Below, piece by piece: positions 60,567 to 64,000 of a stretch of 64,000 bases of DNA; position 1 is the first letter of the stretch, and every line of letters begins with the position of its first letter. The stretch spans positions 778,149 through 842,148 of the forward strand of contig JAEHCO010000001.1 in NCBI GenBank assembly GCA_020697715.1. The letters are read 5' to 3'. This DNA is from Methanobacteriota archaeon. Lineage in GTDB: Archaea > Thermoplasmatota > Thermoplasmata > SG8-5 > JAGLSY01. The position numbers and the translations under genes were made by a program. The notes below the pieces were generated by a model, which had not been told where the DNA came from, did no database searches, and saw only the letters and a list, made by a program, of their open reading frames with translations.

Positions 60567-61538
60567 TCATTTTGTGATCATCAGCTCCTTCTCAACCAGA
60601 TCTCTGGCCTCCACCATATTTCTTAGTTTTTGGCAGGCGACCTTTTGATCAAGGTTCCGCAACCCGCAATCCGGGTCGAGTAAGAGCTTATCCTCACTAA
60701 ATAGGTCGAGCCCCTTTAAAATCCTTTCTTTGATTTTATCAACACTTTCCGCTTCATTGACATCGGATCGAACACATCCGAATCCCAGCTTATGCGGGAA
60801 GTCATATCCCGAGACAAAATCATCAAGGCCAGTATGCGCCGCGAACTCATGGTCAAGTATATCGACATCGATCTCGATCAAGTCTTCGAACAAGGGCTTG
60901 ATATCACCACATACATGAAGGGCCTTGTCAACATTCGTGTTCTTCAGGACGATTTCTACCAGATCCTTACCGTACTCTGGCCGATCTATCGAGAAGAAGG
61001 GCTCGTCCACCTGTATGATATCGACGATGTCCGAGATGGCTTCCACTTCCTTCGAAAGAGACTCCGCGATATCGAAGGCCAGGTTTTCCACATTACCGTA
61101 ATGCTCATCCACGCAGGAGCGGGCCATCGTGTACGCTCCTGTCACGATGCCTTTGATCCTCACATTGTCCCCGACAAGACTTCTCGCATACAGGAGATCA
61201 TCATGGGTTATTGGAGAATCGAATGATACGTCACCGATCACCACTGGCCGGGTCTTCATCCTTATGCCATTGAGCTTCGACGCAAAGAGGGTGACCATGT
61301 CATTCCTGGTCTGCCCATCTGAAATGATATCTATGCCAGCTTCCAGCTGAGCCTGTATGGAATCCTCCAGGCTTTTTTTGAAGGGATCTGGGTCAATAGA
61401 AGATCCCTGATCTTGAGCAGCATCTTCCATTGATGTCATGCGCCCCACATCAATGTTATATGACCTTTCAAAGTCCCTGCCTCGAGGTCTGGCTGGGAAG
61501 CTTCCGACTACCGTGGTCGTCAATCTATGTCCGCTCAC
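60567..61538 (-). CDS. Core (single-domain, MetE C-terminal-like) methionine synthase
   Basis: TTVVGSFP, AGIDIISDGQ.R, IQVDEP, Zn ligands HVC...E...DCGL; only 323 aa, no folate-binding N-terminal half. Confidence 0.85.
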   Translation of the reverse strand: MSGHRLTTTVVGSFPARPRGRDFERSYNIDVGRMTSMEDAAQDQGSSIDPDPFKKSLEDSIQAQLEAGIDIISDGQTRNDMVTLFASKLNGIRMKTRPVVIGDVSFDSPITHDDLLYARSLVGDNVRIKGIVTGAYTMARSCVDEHYGNVENLAFDIAESLSKEVEAISDIVDIIQVDEPFFSIDRPEYGKDLVEIVLKNTNVDKALHVCGDIKPLFEDLIEIDVDILDHEFAAHTGLDDFVSGYDFPHKLGFGCVRSDVNEAESVDKIKERILKGLDLFSEDKLLLDPDCGLRNLDQKVACQKLRNMVEARDLVEKELMITK

Positions 61539-62464
61539 TTCAATCTCCTCTTTGGATGATCCTCGGGTATCTCGATGCCGAAATAATCCTCACCGCCCTC
61601 GGCAATGAACTTGTCCACCATCGCGATGAATGGGAATATCTGGCCAGCATTTCTCATTGGTCCGTATACGCAGTAATCGGCTCCCATCATGACAGGCAGT
61701 GCGTTTGCCCCGACATCGCAAGTGAGATATGCCTCGCGATGTGTCTTTCTGTAATCCTTCATCCATAACCATGATTCCACGGTGTTGTGGATGGCACATC
61801 CTGCTGGCAATCCCCATTTGTTCTTCATCACGGGGATCGACCTGATGGTCTCTGCCGTATTGTGATCAAAGGGAGTCGCGCCAGTATCTATTATCATATT
61901 GGGAATATTGGCTTCTTTCGCAATATCCATGAGCCCTTGGTCCAGAAGGCCAGCACCATTCTCCAGTATCTCCATCCTGCCATCCGTGCTCATGTTCTTC
62001 GGATTGTAGCCCAGAACGATAGCGCAACCCGGCGGATTGTTAGCCAGTGCTTCTTTCTCCATCTCTTCCAATCCCAGGTTAAGGGAATTGTATATCAGCC
62101 TCGATGAGACGCCGATCTCCCCGGCGTGGTCCAGGACCTTCGCCCGGAGCTCGCTCTCTGGAACATCCACGCATATCGGCCTGTTCTCTGGAACTCGGTC
62201 CAGAACAAAGTTCAATCGGGTCTCTATTTGCTCTTCCGACCCGATGAATATATCACATATTCCTGGATTGCCAGTCATCTGGCTGAGTTCCTCTTGGGTG
62301 GCGATAAAACCAGCAATTTCCTCCATGGCCTCTGGTGCATGATCTCTGTATTTTTTACCGTAAAATACAGTTCCGAACAACACGGTGGGCAATTCTCCTG
62401 GCTGTCCACCCATGCTCATATCGCCTATCTTGATCTTTATTTGTTCTTTTGAAAAGTTCAACAT
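61535..62464 (-). CDS. mtrH: MtrH/MtxH-like methyl-tetrahydropterin methyltransferase
   Basis: MLNFSKEQ, GGQPGELPTVLFGTVFY, IYNSLN, K.KWGLPAGCAIHN, GADY..YGP. Confidence 0.88.
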   Translation of the reverse strand: MLNFSKEQIKIKIGDMSMGGQPGELPTVLFGTVFYGKKYRDHAPEAMEEIAGFIATQEELSQMTGNPGICDIFIGSEEQIETRLNFVLDRVPENRPICVDVPESELRAKVLDHAGEIGVSSRLIYNSLNLGLEEMEKEALANNPPGCAIVLGYNPKNMSTDGRMEILENGAGLLDQGLMDIAKEANIPNMIIDTGATPFDHNTAETIRSIPVMKNKWGLPAGCAIHNTVESWLWMKDYRKTHREAYLTCDVGANALPVMMGADYCVYGPMRNAGQIFPFIAMVDKFIAEGGEDYFGIEIPEDHPKRRLK

Positions 62465-63064
62465 TTAACTCTCCTCCACTGGCATTTCCTCGATCTCAAG
62501 AAAAGGATCGAGTATCAGGTCCTTGTGAAATCCTATCTTGCCCGTTAGTCTCTTAACGGACGGCCTGTCGCTATTCTTATTGTCCACGAACTCCACGATA
62601 TAAGGCTCTCCAAATGACTCATGGTCGATAGCCAGTTGTTCCTCCACGGCCTTCATGATCTCCTCATTATCGATCACATCGATCATGTTGATGATCTTGA
62701 TCTGGCTACGGAAACGCTCGATCGCTTCTTCATCAATATTCTCGATGAAGGGAACCGCTCCCTTCGCGCCCGATATCCTTCCATTGTCGTCCACTCCTTT
62801 GCTGTGAAGTGATAGAAGGCTATGGCCGGATCTGTGGCCGCGAACTTCCTCACCACATACTATAAGAACTCTGATAAGCGGATTGGAGATCACATTCGCT
62901 ACAACCTTCTCGATACCCAGGTTCTCGGTCTTCATGTGACCCCATATCGCGATTTTGTCTTTTGGAAAATCGATCTTACTGGCCAGTGTGACGATCGCCA
63001 CCGGGCTATCCGGGCTTCCAATTGTGTATTCTCCTCTCCATGGGTACATCATGTTCTCACTCAT
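62465..63064 (-). CDS. mtrA: MtrA/MtxA-like corrinoid protein, soluble (no C-terminal TM anchor)
   Basis: GEYTIG.P.SPVAIVTLAS, KTENLGIEKVVANVISNP.IR.LIVCG.EVRGH.SG (corrinoid His), GAKGAVPFIEN; hydrophilic C-terminus. Confidence 0.88.
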   Translation of the reverse strand: MSENMMYPWRGEYTIGSPDSPVAIVTLASKIDFPKDKIAIWGHMKTENLGIEKVVANVISNPLIRVLIVCGEEVRGHRSGHSLLSLHSKGVDDNGRISGAKGAVPFIENIDEEAIERFRSQIKIINMIDVIDNEEIMKAVEEQLAIDHESFGEPYIVEFVDNKNSDRPSVKRLTGKIGFHKDLILDPFLEIEEMPVEES

Positions 63065-63219
63065 TCTTTGAGCCAGGATTATGAGTTTCTACACTTAAAG
63101 ATATTTGCTGAAAGTGTCTCTGATAATGACAAGAATAATTCAGTGATATTCATCAATAATTTAGTAAATACCAAAGGACGACCCAAGGAAAATTATATAT
63201 TAGATAATAGATTGACCAG

Positions 63220-63315
63220 GCCTGTGTGAAGGGGCAAAATTATACCCTTCGGGGTACTATTTTAACTCTTCTTCCCACACCCCCTTCACACTCTCTAATA
63301 TTTGTTTGTTTTTTT
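63220..63315 (+). ncRNA. Candidate small structured RNA
   Basis: TATA-like AATTATATAT (63191-63200); 11-bp closing stem GTGTGAAGGGG/CCCCTTCACAC; inner TACCC-TTCG-GGGTA hairpin; downstream T-tract. Confidence 0.45.
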
Positions 63316-63524
63316 ACATTGCGAAAGTCCCATTACTAAAAAGTATATTTTTATCTCCAAATTCCTTCAAAAATGAACTTTCAAGGCGAAACACTTAAGC
63401 CTTGAATTAATAATGTATTCATTGGCAAGACTGGAAGAAAGTGTTATTATCCTTCCACTTCTCTCGACTCTTTCTCCATTCTAGTCTTGCCAACTTATTT
63501 TGTATAATTGGTAATCCATGATAG

Positions 63525-64000
63525 CTAACTTTGTTTATAAACCTTCTTGATATTCTTGGCCAGCCTTTCACTGATGCCCTTGACCTTGACCAATTCAGCC
63601 TCGGATGCCTTCTCCAGATCCTTGAAAGTCGTAAATCCCGCATCATGAACTGCCTCGGCCTTTGAGAATCCAACTCCTGGCACGCCCACAAGGGCATTGA
63701 CGAACTCCTTCTTCACTTCTTCCGGAGTATTGGCCTTTGGTTTTTCTTTCTTGTCATGTTTGACATCCAGTATGTCTTCCAATTCCTCGATGACCGCTTC
63801 TTCTTTCTCTTCCTCAGTGAACTTGGTCCCGCATTTGTCGCAGAACTTGTCATCTATATTGCCAATTGCGTCACAAGCTGGACATCGGAATTGTTCTCCC
63901 GCGATCATGTCATCCTCTATTTCTTCCGCGACCTCTATTTCCGTTCTGTCCAACTCTGGCTCGGGAGCCTTATCAGGTTCGACCTGCGATCCCAATCGTC
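63525..64000 (-). CDS. Acidic protein with zinc ribbon and C-terminal helix-hairpin-helix domain (5'-truncated)
   Basis: Frame open to the window edge; CPAC...CDKC; VPGVGFSKAEA..DAGF and VKGISERLA HhH motifs. Confidence 0.75.
   Translation of the reverse strand, partial: RLGSQVEPDKAPEPELDRTEIEVAEEIEDDMIAGEQFRCPACDAIGNIDDKFCDKCGTKFTEEEKEEAVIEELEDILDVKHDKKEKPKANTPEEVKKEFVNALVGVPGVGFSKAEAVHDAGFTTFKDLEKASEAELVKVKGISERLAKNIKKVYKQS

Noticed and set aside
61535-63064. Evidence that the organism is a methanogen
   Set aside because: Only soluble MtrA and MtrH are present; no membrane Mtr subunits or mcr here, and the context is methionine synthesis.

Overview
Archaeal chromosomal window. LonB, RadB, IPK/Fni/IdsA, Tsr3, Trm112, split transketolase, bacterial-type gyrase and MtrA/MtrH suggest Thermoplasmata, but this is inferred from gene content only. 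Bases 1-30157 are one co-directional, tightly coupled array of at least 10 paralogous secreted proteins (741-1795 aa), closed by a single terminator; an 11th stand-alone paralog lies at 37556-39742. All share one chassis: signal peptide, a ~7-bladed beta-propeller, a conserved ~200 aa middle domain, and a ~150 aa C-terminal domain ending in a pilin/WxL-like strand (GxYxAxITFxIGYY). They differ by lectin-like domains inserted at fixed propeller sites (LamG x3, DUF2341, MAM-like, DNRLRE, an 'AQTF' domain), and their C-terminal halves are mosaics of gene-conversion-like tracts. This is the best candidate for an undescribed system: a modular, membrane-anchor-free archaeal adhesin or filament family. 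The rest is mostly housekeeping. Other oddities: a 29-bp alternating purine/pyrimidine tract in the gyrB promoter, a soluble mtrA-mtrH-core methionine synthase-DUF4346 operon, a membrane-embedded solo Cas4-like nuclease, candidate structured ncRNAs and small repeats. All domain calls are motif recognition by eye; no database searches were run.
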